Origin: the human T2T-CHM13v2.0 reference genome, Homo sapiens
Assembly: GCF_009914755.1 (NCBI RefSeq)
Contig: NC_060936.1
Strand: one strand, 5' to 3'
Length of the DNA: 64,000 nucleotides
In this document: positions 1 through 14,992 of the stretch, piece after piece
Numbering within the stretch: the first letter of the stretch is position 1
Layout of the letters: each line of letters opens with the position of its first letter
Translations under genes and position numbers: made by a program
Notes under the pieces: generated by a model
What the model was told of the DNA's origin: nothing
Database searches by the model: none
What the model saw: only the letters and a program-made list of their open reading frames with translations

Positions 1-184
1 TGTTCACAAACATTTTAGAGGACTCATAGTCAAACCGAAACTTTACTGGAAATCCAAAGAAACCAGATTTTGAAGTAGGAATAATGTTCTGTCATTACTT
101 ATTCTAATTGAGAATTGCTTTGCTTCTGGCATATTCTGAAGTTCACATGAATTGGGGAGAAAATGACAAATATGAGAGAAAACA

Positions 185-300
185 TATAATGTATAATGTT
201 ACAGACTTTGCCTTGGCAATCAGAGTGCGTTTGGATCCAAGTTCTGTAACTTATTGGCTGTAAGACTTTATTGACCTTTTTTCCTTTATGGGAAGTGCCT
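185..300 (+). mobile_element. MIR SINE fragment (degenerate)
   Basis: acagactttg...ttggatccaagttctgtaacttattggctgtaagactt resembles the MIR core; highly diverged. Confidence 0.45.
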
Positions 301-324
301 TTTATGTCCGTACTTGCTTATCTT

Positions 325-1335
325 CTAGGTTGCAGATATTTTCTTCCAATAATTTTATAGTTACAGCTTTACTTTTAGATATATAATCCATTTTAAATTA
401 ATTTTAGTACATGGGGTGAGATATAGATTATTTTTCATATTTTTTTCTTAAGAAGGGTAGTTTTTCTAGAATAATTTCCTGAAAAGAGTATCCTTTCCCC
501 GCTGAATTACGTTTGCACCTTTGCACCCTCAGTTGACTAAAGTATAGCACAATCCCTGAACTTTTTGTTCGGATTATATCCACTTTACATGAAATTCACT
601 CAATCTTTATTATTTTAGCTTTATACTAAGTCTTGAAATTCAGTGGTATAATTCCTCCAACTTTGCTCTACTTTAACAAGGTTTTAGCTACTCAATGTAT
701 TTTATCTTTTTATATAAATTTTAGAATAAGCTTTCCAAATTCCATTTTTAAAAAAGCCTACTGAGATTTGATGGGGTTTACTTTCAACCTGTAGATCAAT
801 GTGGGAAGAATTGATATCTTAATAATACTTTATCTTCTAATCCATAAACATGGCCATTATCTTTATTTGGGTCTTTCGCAAGTCTCTCAGCAATGTATGG
901 TGTTTATCAATGTATATATCTTTTACTTACATTGTTAAATTTTTCATAATTAATATTTGGGGCACTAGAAAATAGTAATTTTAAAATTTTATTTTCAGAT
1001 GGTTTTACTAGTTTACAAATATAGTTTTTTTAATATATAGATGTTTATTCTGCTAACTTCTTAATCTCATTATTAATGCTGGTAGCCTTTTGGAGATTCC
1101 TTAGGATTTTCTATAAGGACAAAAATACCATCTACGAAAAGATAATTTTACTTTTTCTTTCCAGTATGTAATTTTTTTCTGGCTTGCTGCACTTCCTAGG
1201 ACCTTCAGTATAATGATCAATGAAATGGCAAATAGATATCCTTGGTATTCTTACTTTAGGGCAATTTTTTTTCTCGCTACTGAAAATAGAATTTTGGTAT
1301 ATTACTGGTAAATGTGGTCTATAGGTACTACTATA
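325..1335 (-). mobile_element. Ancient L1M (ORF2 region) fragment
   Basis: Antisense L1 motifs: ttttatagttacagctttacttttagatatataatccattttaaattaatttt, ctccaactttgctc, ctgtagatcaatgtgggaagaattgatatcttaataata. Confidence 0.75.
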
Positions 1336-1874
1336 TTGCATATTAACATTCTCTATTCTCAAAGTTTTATGTAGAAAAATAAAACTCAACTTTATCATTT
1401 GTATCTGTTCTCAAGCCATTAAGCACAAATAAACTCTTAATAGATAAAAACTGTGCAATGCAGTAATTCAAAAAAAAAAAACAAACCTCCCTTCAGATTG
1501 ATACCAGTTAATCTATACATTGTCATGGATTTGCTGAATTCCATGATATTTCTCTTTGCCGTTAAATAAAAAGGACCCCCTCAAAGAAATAAAGTCGGCT
1601 CTCAAATAAGCAGCCTGTTGTGACTTACGTTGTCACAAACCACCACTTTCTGTAGGTTAAGTGATAATCAGATTTTAAATGCCATGAAAGTGGTAACTGG
1701 ATTTTCTGGGTCTTTCTTTTCATGACTGTTTCTTCAGCACTCAGCACAGTGTCTGATATATCCTGGAATTATAAGTATCTGTTGAAAAATGAAAAACAAT
1801 TTATTCTTTTATTTTTAAAAACAGGAAATCATTTGCTTTAAGTTTTATGTTCTCAGAATCCCTCCCAATCACTA

Positions 1875-3660
1875 TAATTCTATTTTTTTTACATTTGTAA
1901 TATGCAAGGGCATGCACACAAAAATATGAATAATATGAATATCCATGTGCCTACCATCAAGAATATAAAATAAAACTTATTTAGCTTAGTTGAAACTGAG
2001 CCAACAACTGCGTCAAATACGTTTTTAAATTTCATTCATTTAAAGATAGTTTTACTACATACACAAATACCTATAAAATATGTGAGCATTATTATGACTG
2101 GCTGAAATTTTAAAAAATTATAAAACTGGTATAAAATTTTATAGCCCCCAAGCAACTTACTTTTATTTGTTCCCTCTCAACATATTTGAAAGATTCATCT
2201 GTGTTTATAAGCATGGGTCTGTTTTATCAATTTTTATGGCTTTATACAATTCCTTTGTATGGGTATTCCACATGTATTTATGCTTCTCTCATAGGTTGCG
2301 CTTCATTTCTTTGCTATTATAAATAATGCTGAAAAAACATTCTTGTACATATTTTCCTAGTTTAAGTCTATAAAGGTTTCACTAGGCACTTTTAAATGGA
2401 TATCATTGCGAAGTCACTCTTCAAATAAATTGTACTAATTTGTACTTCTGTGAGCACTCTATTAGAGTCTCTACCTTCTTAAAAACATGTAGAATCATCA
2501 AACGGCTTACAATTTACCAAATAATTATTGATTTGTTTTCATTCATCATTAGAAAAGTTGAGTAACCCTTAATTTGTTTATTGATCATTTTGGTATTCCT
2601 TGTCTTCAATTTCCTGTGTATAGTAATTGTCCATTTCTCTATTTTATTTTCATTTTCTTATTAATTTGAAGGCTTTATTAAAATATATTTTTGATAGTGA
2701 TGTATTAGATGAGTCATTGCATATGCCTTCTACACTGTTGCTTGTATCTTCTATTTCTTTGGTTTCTTTGATTGTACAGAAGTTTCTAATTGTTAATACA
2801 GTACAGTTTATCAGTCTTTTCCTTTATTCTTGTGCTTCTTGCTGAATTAACACCTCTGTTTAGTTTTAATATTTGGTAGGACAAGACCCCAAACCTTGTT
2901 CATTTTTTTCCAAATTTGTCTTGGTTATTCTTGGCTTTTTGCACTTTAACATTATAGAATCAACTTTTTAGGTTCCAGGAAAAATCTTATTGTAATTCTG
3001 ATTTAAAATTTTATTAAATTTATATATTGCTAGTAGAAAAATTATTAATGATATTGAGAGTTCTTATCCATTTGCCATTTCTCCTCATTTATATAGATTT
3101 TCTTTAATGTCTTTCAATATAATGTATGCAGTGTCCTCATAAAGGTCTAGAACATTTTTGCTGGGCATTTCTAACATACTTCAGATGACTTCTTGCTGAT
3201 GTACATATTATCTTACAAATCTTAAATTTTTATGTTTATGATATATGGAAGTATAATTTTTATTTATTTATTTATTTATTTATTTTGAGACAGAGTCTTG
3301 CTCTGTTACCCATTCTGGAGTGTGGTGGCATGATCTAAGCTACTGCAGCCTCAAACTCCTGGGCTAAATTGATCCTCCCACCTCACCCTACTGAGTAGCT
3401 GGTACTATAGGCATGCCCTATCATGTAGCCTATATTCACCATGCTGTCCCAATATAATTCATTTTTAATATGCTACTCATATTAAGATCATTGACCTACA
3501 TTATTTTAATATTTTTTGTTCATTCCATAAGATTTTCTCTATATGCAATCATATAATCCCCAAATGAGATTTCCCCTCAATTCTTAATATCACTATCATC
3601 ATTCTTATCCCCTTCCTCATCACAATATGATAGGCAAAATCTCAAATACAAACTTGAAAT
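1875..3660 (-). mobile_element. Ancient L1ME/L1MC-type fragments (interrupted by an Alu monomer)
   Basis: Old L1 3' antisense motifs (tttgctattataaataatgctg, acattcttgtacat, tgattgtacagaagtttctaatt, ttgtcttggttattcttggc). Confidence 0.6.
3258..3430 (-). mobile_element. Old Alu monomer (FRAM/AluJ right arm) with (TTTA)n tail
   Basis: gagacagagtcttgctctgttaccc...gcagcctcaaactcctgggctaaattgatcctcccacctca, with AluJ-type diagnostics. Confidence 0.85.
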
Positions 3661-3668
3661 GAAGTGGC

Positions 3669-4231
3669 TGTGATAAATTTCTACAAAATGACCCCCAATA
3701 AAGGACACATCGCTTTATTCATGCCCTTGTGTAATCTCCCACACTGAATCTGGCCTAGCATTTAGCTAGATTTAAAGAAAAGAATAAAGTAGATGTGATG
3801 ATGTCTGAGTTTAAAAGCCTAAGCTTTATGACACCTAGCAGTTTCCACTTTGGGCTTCCTGAGATCCCTGAGATGTGATGTAAAGGAACATGAGCTATCC
3901 TACTGAAGAGGCCACATGGAGAGAAAGATCTGAGTAAATGAAGGAGTATCAGTGGAGATAACTCCTAGATGATAAACATCTAAAGAAGTGAAAGATAAAG
4001 GACCCAACTACACTAGCTTAGAAACTAGACATGTGAGAGAGGCATCTTGAATTTCTCAGCCCAAATTGAAGCCATATGAGCGAGCTCCAAAGGTTTTAAA
4101 CAAAATGGACAAGTTATCCCATCTGAGTCCTGCCCAAACAATTCAGAGACTCCTGAGAATTAATAAATCACTGTTTTTATAAAATGCTAAGAAGTTTTGA
4201 GATAGTTTCACAGCAATAGGTAACTGTTACA
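3669..4231 (+). mobile_element. MLT1 (MLT1F/G-like) MaLR solo LTR
   Basis: TG...CA ends; ttcatgcccttgtgtaatctccc, gaggccacatggagag, 3' cagcaataggtaactgttaca; the flanks rejoin as old L1 sequence. Confidence 0.8.
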
Positions 4232-5153
4232 GTGATGATGGCAAGATCCTTACCTTTATTGACTTTAAAAGTAATTCTTCTAATGTTTTAAGCATAATGG
4301 TTTTATGTAGTTTTGTTTTCTATGGTTAAATGTTTCCTGTAGATTTTCTGGTAGTTTGTTTTTAAAGTCTCACAGGTTAAAGTTTTCATTTGATGTTAGT
4401 TAATTTTTTTTTTCAAGTTCTTTCTCCTTATCTGTTGTAATGATGTTAATTTTTTCTTTCATCCATTAGCATGATTAGTTTCATTTTAAAATGTTAAACA
4501 ATCTTTGCATACCTAGATAAACCTTAATTTTATGCTATTTTATGTACAATAACATTTTCTCTTTGCCTATGTTTTAGGATTATCTTTATGATCACAAATA
4601 TAATTCTTGCAGTATTTCTCTTTCTTTAATTGTTCATATCTATATTTCTATTAGGTTTTATTGTTTTTATATAATGATTATAAATATATGCATCCTTTGT
4701 TATCTATATTTAATGTTTACCTGAAAATATGTTGAAAAGCAAATTTTTGCATATTATATGCCTATTATATTTCACTTTTTAAATAGTACAAATGGCATTC
4801 TTAGGCCATCTAATGCTCTCAACCAGTTTCTCTACTTACTAGTAAAACTTTCTTAATATCAGTGTTTCATATATAGAAAGCATTAGAAGCCATTCTATGA
4901 TTTCTCACTATACAATAATGCTGCAATATCAGATATAAATGACATTTGTATTATGTACATAAAAAGAACTTGTCTATCACGTAAACAACCAATTAAATTG
5001 TAGAGTAAAATTACTAATTTCACCCAATACAGAAATTAGCTGGATTATTCACATCAAGAAAGTTGGGTAGTGAAGGATACTTGTAATGCTTACTTGTTTC
5101 ACTTGTTTTAACATGCAGCATTTTCACATTTGATTATTTTAAGTTTATTCTAA

Positions 5154-5859
<706 letters not shown>

Positions 5860-6609
5860 GCCTTTTGTTATTTTTAAAATTAACTACACATAAATGAAGT
5901 GCTTTATTATTCAAGAATATGCTTTATATGTTAACTGTCTTTTGGTTTTTGAAATTATTTTAGTGCTTGGTGCTTGATGAATTGTTTGTAAATGAATCAC
6001 ATGCACTTGAGAAAATTGTGCAATCTTTAATTTTGGCATGCATGATTCTGTATATGTAGTATCATAGCAAGTTTGGTAATTGATATGTTCATTTTTTTAT
6101 GTTCTTACTATTTGTTAATGTGCCTATTCATTCAAAGGGATGTAAGCCACTATTTTTAAATTTCCCACTATGAAAGTAACATTTTTAATTTCTTTGAATA
6201 ATCATTTTAATTATAGGCTATTTGTTCTTGCATATATACTGGTTTAACATGTCGTGTTTTCCTAAGTATTATGTTTATTAATAAGTAGAGACCACTTTTT
6301 TTTAACTATTTGTTCTTTTTACTTTAAAGCATAGTATGCTTACTATTCATACAACCATGCCAGCTCTCTTCAGGTTAACATTTTCATGATACTTTAACAT
6401 CATTTGTCGGGTTTTGTATTTTATTTATTTTTTTTATCCAATTCCTCCTTATTGGTCAAAATCAGGTTCTAAATAATTTCCAATGGTAAATCCTACCCTT
6501 CTCTGGGACTTCAAATTTTCAGGAACAATATGGTAGAACTTGTCATAAACTCTGTTTTGAGTCAAGTGTTTCTCTAAGTATACTACTCTACTTTGCTTGT
6601 GTGCAAATC

Positions 6610-9600
6610 ATTTTTTTTTCCTTTTCTTATTTTAGGTTCAAGGGTACACATGCATGTTTATCAAACGTATAAATTGCATGTTGCTGGGGTTTGGTGTACA
6701 AATCATTTCATCACCCAGGTAGTGAGCATAGTAGTCAATTAGTGCTTTTTCAATTCTCATCCTCTTCCCACCATCCCCCATCAATTAGGCTCCAGGATCT
6801 CATCTTTGTGTCCAGGTGGTACTCAATGTTTTGCTCCCATTTATAAGTGAAAACATGGTATTTGGTTTTCTGTTCCTGCATTGATTCACTTAGGATAATA
6901 GTCTTCAGCTCTATCAATGTTGCTACAAAGGACGTGATCTTGTTCTTTTTTATGGCTGCATGGTATTCCATGGTGTATATGTCCCATATTTTCCTTATCC
7001 AGTCTACTGTTGATAGGAATCTAGGTTGATTCCGTGTCTTTGCTATGGTAAATGGTGCCATGATGGACATACACATGCATGTGTCTTTATGGTTGGACAA
7101 TTTGTATTCTTTTCAGTGTGTACCTAATAATGTGACTGATGGGTCAGTTGGTTCTAAGGTCCTTGAGAAATCTCCCAACTGCTTTCCACACTGGCTGAAT
7201 TAATTTACATTCTCACCAGCAGTGTATAACCATTCCCTTTTCTCCTCAACCTCTACAGCAACTATAATTTTTTGAATTTTTAATAGCCATGCTGACTGGT
7301 GTGAGATGGCATATCATTGTGGTTTTGGTGTGCATTTCTCTAATGATTAGAGATGTTGAGCATTTTTTTTATATGATTGTTGGGAGCGTGTATGTCTTAT
7401 GAGAAGTGTCTATTCATATCCTTTGCCCATTTTTTAATGGGGCTGTTTGTTTTTGCTTGTTGATTTCATTTCCTTATGGATTCTGAATATTAGAACTTTG
7501 TTGGATATATAGCATGCAAATATTTTCTTCCATTCTGTAGGTTGTCAATTTAATCTGTTAATAGTGGTGGTTTTTTCTTTCTTGCTTTTTTTTTTTTTTG
7601 CTATGTTTAAGTTTTTTAGTTTAATTAGGTTCCACTTTATTTTTGTTTTTGTATCAACTGATTTTGGAGACTTTGTCATAAAATCTTTGCCAAGGCTTAT
7701 GTCCAGAATTGTTCTTCCTAGGTTTTTTTCCTAGGGTTTTTATAGTTTTAGGTCTTACATTTAAGTCTTTAATCCATTCTGAGTTAATTTTTGTATATGT
7801 TGAAAGGAAGGGGTCCAGTTACATACAATCTCTGTATATAGCTAGCCAGTTATTTTAGCACCATTTATTGAATAAGGAGTTCTTTCCACATTGTTTGTTG
7901 TTGTCAACTTTGTCACAGATTAAATGGTTGTAGGGGTATGGTTTTAATTCTGGGCTCTCTATCTTGTTCCATTGGTCTGTGTGTGAAACTGTGTTTTTGA
8001 TTTGGCCCTTGGATTGAATGTTATTGATGTATAAAAATGTTACTGATTTTTATACACTGATTTTGTGTCTTGACATTTTACTGAGGTTGTTTATCAGTTC
8101 TGGGAGTCTTTGTGCAGACATTACAGGGTTTTCTGGGTATATAATCATATCCTCAGATAGTTTGACTTCCTCTCTTCCTATTTGGATGTCTTTTTTTTGT
8201 TTGTTTGTTTATCTTGACGGATTGTTCTGGCTAAGATTTCCAGAACTATGAATAGGAGTGGTGAGAGTGGGCATCCTTGTCTTGTTCTGGTTCTCAGAGG
8301 AAATACTTCCAGCTTTTGCCCATTCACTATGATGTTGGCTGTGGGTTTGTCATAGATGGCTCTTACTATTTTGAGGTATGGTCCTTTGATGCCTACTTTG
8401 TTGAGGGTTTTTAACATGAAGGGATGCTGAATTTTATCACAATCTTTCCTGTGTCTGTTGAGATGATGATGTGGTTTTTGTTTTTAGTTCTGTTTATGTG
8501 ATGAGACACGTTTATTAATTTGTTTGTTGAACCAACCTTGCATCCCAGTAATGAAACCTCCTTGATCTTGGTGCATTAGCTTTTTGATGTGTTGCTGGAT
8601 TTGGTTTGCTAGTATTTTGTTAAGGATTTTTGCATCTATGTTCATCAGGGATATTGGCCAGAAGTCTTTTGTTGTTGGTGGTGGTGGTGGTTTTCATTGT
8701 GTCTCTGCCTGGTTTTGGTATCAGGATGATGCTGGCCTCACAGAATGAGTTAGGAAGGAATCCCTCCTCCTAGATTTTTGGAATAATTTCAGTAGGATAG
8801 GTACCAGCTCTTCTTTGTACCTTTGGTAGAATTTGGCTGTGAAATCTGCCTCCAGGGCTTTTTCTGGTTGGTAGGTTTTTCATTACTGATTCAAGTATGG
8901 TTACTTGTTATTGGTCTGTTCAGGATCTCATTCTTTCTTTCTTTTTTTTTTTTTTTTTCTGTTTTTGTTGGTGAATCTTGAGACATTGTTTCCAGGAATT
9001 TATCCATTTTTTTCTAGGTATTCTAGTTTGTGTGTATAGGGGAGTTCGTAGCAGTCTCTGAGTTTTTTTTTTTTTTTTTTAAATTTCTGTGGGATCAGTG
9101 GTAATGTCACGTTTGTCATTTATGATTGTTTATTTGAATCTTTTTTTCTTTATTAATCTAGCTAGTAGTCTGTTCTTTTGAAGAACAAACTTTTGATTTC
9201 AGTTATCTTTTGTATGGAGTTTTGCAACTTTATTTCATTCAGTTAAGCTCTTATTTTGGTTATTTCTTTTCTGCTGCCAGCCTTGAGATTAGTTTGCTCT
9301 TATTTTTCTAGTTACTGTAGGTGTGATGTTAGGTTGCTAATTGAAGATATTTCCAACTTCTTGATGTAGTCATTTAGCACTCTAAACTTTCCACTTAACA
9401 CTGCTTTAGCTGTGTCCCAGATATTCTGATATGTTGTATCTTTATTAGTTTCACAGAATTTCTTGATTTCTGGCTTAATTTTATTCTTTACCCTAAGGTC
9501 ATTCTGGAGCAGGTTGTTTAATTTCCATGTAATAGTATGGTTTTGAGAGATCTTCTTTTTATTATTTATATTTTTATTGCACTGCAGTCTGAGAGAGTGG

Positions 9601-12600
9601 TCAGTATGATTTTAGTTTTCTAAAATTTGTTAAGAATTGTTTTATGGCCAAGCATATGGTCGATCTTAGAGTATCATCCATATGCAGATGAAAAGAATGT
9701 ATATTCTCGTTGTTGGATGGAATATTTTATAGATGTCTTTTAGGTCTGTTTGGTCAAGTGTCAAGATTTGGTCCTGAATACCTTTGTTAGTTTCCTGCCT
9801 TGATGATCTGTCTGACACTGTCAATGGGGTGTTGAAGTCTCCTGTTATTATTGTGTGTTTATCTAAGCCTCTTTGCAGGTCTCCAAGAACTTGTTTAATG
9901 AATCTGGGTACACCAATGTTGCGTGTATATATTTAAGGTAGTTAAGTCTTCTTGTTAATTGAACCCTTTATCATTATGTAATGCCCTTATTTGTCTTTTT
10001 TGATCATTGTTAGTGTAAAGTGTGTTTTGTCTAAAATAACAATAGCAACCCCTGCTCTTTTTTGCTTTCCATTTGTTTGATTCTTCTCCATTCCTGTATT
10101 CTGAGCTTGTGGGTGTCACTGCATGTGAGATGGGCCTCTTGAAGACAGCATACAGTTGCATCTTGCTACTTTATCCAAATTTCCACACTGTGCCTTTTAA
10201 GAGGGGCATTTAGCTCATGTATATTCAAGGTCAATGTTGATATGTGAGTATTTGATCCTGTCATCATGATGTTAGCTGGTTCTTATGTAGCCTTGATTGT
10301 ATAATTGCTTTATTGTGTTAGTGGGTTACGTACTTAAGTGTGTTTTTATGGCAGCACGTATCAACCTTCTGTTTCCATGTTTAGCACTCCCTTAAGAACC
10401 TCTTGTAAGATAGGTCTGGTGATAATGAGTTTCCTTAGCATTTGATTGCCTGAAAAGGATTTTATTTCTCCTTCACTTATGAAGTTTAGTTTGGCTGGAA
10501 ATTAAATTCTTGGTTGGATTTTTTTCTTTAAAAATACTGTATATAGGCCCCAAATCTTTTCTGACTTGTAAGATTGCCGCTGAAAAGTCTGCTGTTAGGT
10601 TGATGGAGTTCCCTTTGAGTGTGACTTACCCCCTTCTCTCTAGCTGCCTTTAAGATTTTTTATTTTATGTTGACCTTGGTGAATCTGATGATTATGTGTC
10701 TTGGAGATGATCATTTGTATAGTATCTCACAGGGGTTCATTGAATTTCCTGAATTTGCATGGCAGCCTCTCTGGGGAGATTGGGGAATTTTTGTGGAAAA
10801 TATCCTCAAATATGTTTTACAAGTTGCTTCTCTCTCCCCCCACTTTCAGGAATGCCAATAAGTCATAGGTTTGGTCTCCCTATAATCCCATATTTCTCAG
10901 GTTTTATTCATTTTTTTAAAATACTTCTTAAAAAAATTTGTTAGTGTACATTGATTTGAAGGAATTGTTTGAGTTCTGAGATTCTTTCTTCAGCTTGGTC
11001 TATTCTGTTATTAACACTTGCAATTGCATTCAACATTCCTGTAGTAAATTTTTCATTCCTAGAAGTTCACTCTGGTTCTTGCTTAAAATGGCTTTGTCAT
11101 ATTTCAACTTTTGGATCATTTTACTGTTGTCTTTGAAATGTATTTAAACTTCTCCTGGATCTCATTGAGCTTCCTTTCCATCCATATTCTGAATTCTGTG
11201 CTGTTATTTCAGCCATTTTAATCTGGTAGAGAACCATTGCTGTGGAGCTAATGTGATCATTTGGAGGTGAGAAGACACTCTGGTTTTTAGATTTGCCAGA
11301 ATTCTTGCACTAGTTCTTTTTCATCTATGTGGGCTGATGTTCCTTTACTCTTTGAAGTTGCTGTCCTTTGGATGGGTGTTTTTTCTCTTATATTCTTTAA
11401 TATCCTTGAGGGTTTGATAGTGGTATATGTTGAGTGATATGATTTGGCAGTGTTCCCACCCAAGTCTCAACTTGAATTGTAGCTCCCATGATCTCCACAT
11501 GTTGTAGAAGGGACACAGCAAGAGGTAATTGAATCATGGGGGTAGGCTCTTCCCATGCTGTTCTCATAATAGTGAATAAGTCTCATGAGATCTGATGGTT
11601 TTATAAAGGGCAGTTCCCCTGCACATACTGTCTTGCCTGCTGCCATGTAAGATGTGCCCTTGCTCCTCCTCGCCTTCCACCCTGATTGTGATGCCTCCCC
11701 AGCCATGTGGAATTGTGAGTCCATTAAACCTCTTTTACTTTATAAATTATCCAGTCTCAGGTATTTCTTTATAGCAGTATGAAAATGGACGAATACAGTA
11801 AATTGGTACCAGGAGTGGGGCACTGCTGTAAAGATACCTGAAAATGTGGAAGCAACTTTGGAACGGGGTAACAGGCAGAGGTTGGAACAGATGGGGAGGG
11901 CTCAGAAGAAAACAGGAAAATATGGGAAAGTTTGGAACTTCCTAGAGACTTGTTGAATGGCTTTGACCAAAATGCTGATAGTGATATGGACATAAAGTCC
12001 AGACTGAGGTAGTGTCAGAGGGAGATGAGGAACTTGTTGGGAACTGGAGTAAAAGTCACTCTTGGTATGCAAAGAGACTGGTGGCATTTTGCTTGGCCCT
12101 AGAGATCTGTGAAACTTTGAACTTCAGAGAGATGATTTAGAGTATTTGATGAAAGAAATTTCTAAATGGCAAAGTTTTCAAGAGGAAGCAGCATAAAAGC
12201 TTGAAAAAAAATTGCAGCCTGATGATACAGTAGAAAAGAAAAACCCATTTCCTGGGGAGAAATTCAAGCCAAGCTGGCTGTAGACATTTGTATAAGTAAT
12301 AAACAGCAGAATGTTAATCACCAAGACAATGGGAAAAATGTCTCCACAGCATGTCAGAGACCTTCAAGGCAGCCCCTCCCGTCACAGGCCCAGAGGCCTA
12401 GGTGGGAAAAATGGTTTTGTGGGCCAGGCCCAGGGCCCCCCCTGCTATGTGCAGCCTTAGGACTTGGTGCTCTAATGCTTCAACTGTGGCTAAAAGGGGT
12501 CAAGGTACAGCTTGGACCTTGGCTTCAGGGATGCAAGTCCCAAGCCTTGGCAGGTTCCATGTGGTGTTGAGCCTGCTGATGCATAGAAGTCAAGAATTGA

Positions 12601-14992
12601 GGTTTGGGAACCTCGACCTAGATTTCAGAGGATGTATGGAAACAGACAGACTTTGCTGCAGGGGCAGGGACCTCATGGAGAACCTCCGCTAGGGCAATGC
12701 AGGAGAGAAATATGGGGTTGGAGCTCCCCCATACAGAGTCCCTAGTAGGGCACTGCCTAGTAGAGCTGTGAGAAGAGGTCCACTGTCCTCCAGACCCCAG
12801 AATGATAGCTCCACCAACAGCTTGCACTGTGTGTCTGGAAAAGCCACAGACACTCAATTCCAGCCCATAAAAGCAGCTGGGAGGGGGGCTGTACCCTGCA
12901 AAGCCACAGAGGTGGAGCTGCCCAAGACTGTGAGAGCCCACCTCTTGCATCAGTGTGACCTAGATGTGAGACATGGAGTCAAAGGAGATAATTTTGAACT
13001 TTAAGTTTTAATCACTGCCTTATTGGATTTTGGACTTGCATGGGGCCTATGGCCCCTTCATTTTGGCCAATTTCACCCCTTTGGAATGGGTTTATTTATC
13101 CAGTGCCAGTACTCCCATGGTTTCTAGGAAGTAAATAACTTGCTTTGGATTTTACAGGCTCATAGGCAGAAGGGACTTGCCTTGTCTCAGATGAGACTTT
13201 GAACTGTGGACTTTTGAGTTAATGCTGAACTGAGTTAAGACTTTGTGGGGCTGTCAGAAAGGCATGGTAGGTTTTGAAATGTGAAGACAGGAGATTTGGG
13301 AGAGCCAGGGGTGGAATGATATGGTTTGGCTATGTCTCCACCCAAAATTTATTTTGAATTATAGCTCCCATAATCCCCACGTGTCCTCGAAGGGACTTGG
13401 TGGGAGGTGATTGAATCATGGGGGCAGGTTTTTCTCATGCTGCTCTTGTGATGGTAAATAAGTCTCACAAGGTCTGATGGTTTTGTAAAGAGCAGTTCTC
13501 CTGCCCATGTCCTCTTGCTGGCTGCCATGTAAGATGTGTATTTGCTCTTCTTTCATCTTCCATGAATGTGAGGCCTCCCCAGCCATGTGGAACTGTGAGT
13601 CCATTAAACCTCTTTTTCTTTATAAATTACCCAGTCTTGGGTATTTCTTCATAGAAGTATGGAAATGGACTAATACATTGGGTTTAGTCAGTTGGCTTCA
13701 TTTCTGGATGCTTTCATGGGGCCGAGGCTCAGATCAGCACTCCTTTGCTGTGTGCTGTATCTCTGGGGGCTGAGCCCAGGCTTGTGGCATTGTTCTCTGG
13801 CCCCTGCAGGCCAAGCACCTGGTGCACTGGAGGGGCCAAGGTATTTCAAGTCTATGGCAACAACCCTTTAAAGGGGGCTTTCAGCAAAAGCACTGTGGCA
13901 GCATGGCAAGGGTCTGCAAGAGAATGTGCTACAGTTGAAGGGTCAGGGGAAGGTAAGTGCATACCAGTGGGTCAGTGGGAGGCCACAGGTGAGTGTGCAC
14001 CAACAGGGGGTCCGGGGAGGTTGGAATTAGAGGGTAGCTGCAGGCATGCGTGTGTACGTACACCAGTGTGGGGCAGAGGGGCCATGGATACGTGCATGCC
14101 AATAGAGCAATGAGGGGAGTCTGTAGACGAGTGTGCACCAGTGGAGGAGGGCATGGTAGTAGGGGTCCATCTGCAAAAGTGCTCTAACAGGAAGGCAGGG
14201 GTTGCCAGCAAAATGCTATGGTGGTAGTCTCTAGGAATTGTTTTGATGGGGCAGCTGAGGCTGTGCTGCATTTGGGTGAGGCTAGGCAGGGTCCCTGGGA
14301 AAGTCCAGCAGACATTGGGGTATTTAGATCAGATTGGCCCTGTCCTACAAGCCAGACAACGCTGATCTCTTCAGGTATGGCAATTAACAAAGGCAAAAGC
14401 CACCTAGAGAGAAGTATGGCAAGCCTCAGGGGATAGGCACCCATGGCTGTGCTCCACTGCATTTGTTAATTTGCCAAACCCTCTGGGCTCCAAGCAGACT
14501 GAAGTTTTGACTCTGCCAATTCTCCAGGTGATTCTCACTGCAAATGTCTGTGGAGGTCACGGGTCTTCTGAAGCTAGGATCCTGGAGTTCTGTGCCTAGA
14601 GTGTGCCACTCCATGCCGATCTCACTCATCCTTTCAATGAGAGCCACTCCAGGGCCAGGAACGAGTCCTGGTACTTGGCAATCCTATGCAGGGTTTCCAG
14701 CTTCCTCTCCTTCTAGTCCTGGGGTCTGCATTCTTTCTCTATCCACCCTCAATGCCTCAATTCAAGAGGAATTGAAACTAAATGTGATGAGGGAGGAGAA
14801 AAACATCCCGACAAATATGTAAATCAATTTACTATGAAAAACAGTAGCTATAACATTCAAAGAGGCAAATGTTGTGGGTAGTACCAATGAGTCATATGAG
14901 AAAACAATTGAACCCAAAACCAGTGATAAGCTTCTCCCGGTGGGAGAAGTTCTTCCTGACTCCATCTAATTGACCATCTTGGCTCTTCCCTC
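6610..14992 (-). mobile_element. Near-full-length old primate L1 (L1PA15-16/L1PB-like), dead; internal deletion near 7985; interrupted by THE1 (11435-13677) and a 168-bp inverted insert (14762-14929)
   Basis: 3' end ttttaggttcaagggtacaca...gttgctggggtttggtgtaca; ORF2p fragments in the ORF track (6750-7100, 8178-8417); GC-rich 5'UTR with tandem gtgtgcacca motifs; terminal gaccatcttggctc (YY1-type end); degenerate TSD tgcaaat(c)at at ~6602 and ~14993. Confidence 0.92.
11435..13677 (+). mobile_element. Complete THE1 (THE1C-like) MaLR element: 5' LTR 11435-11797, internal 11798-13316, 3' LTR 13317-13677
   Basis: Two LTRs tgatatg...aataca; internal region starts gtaaattggtacc and ends gccaggggtggaa; 5-bp TSD ttgag/ttggg. 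Confidence 0.97.

Noticed and set aside
11467-13773. Cluster of ORFs including repeated MDSQFHMAGEAS peptides (also 54853-55257)
   Set aside because: These are translations of THE1 LTR and internal sequence; the similarity reflects LTR copies
13690-14760. GC-richer ORF-dense block with repeated gtgtgcacca motifs, as a possible promoter or array
   Set aside because: Explained by the 5'UTR of the old L1, which has internal tandem repeats; CpGs are decayed
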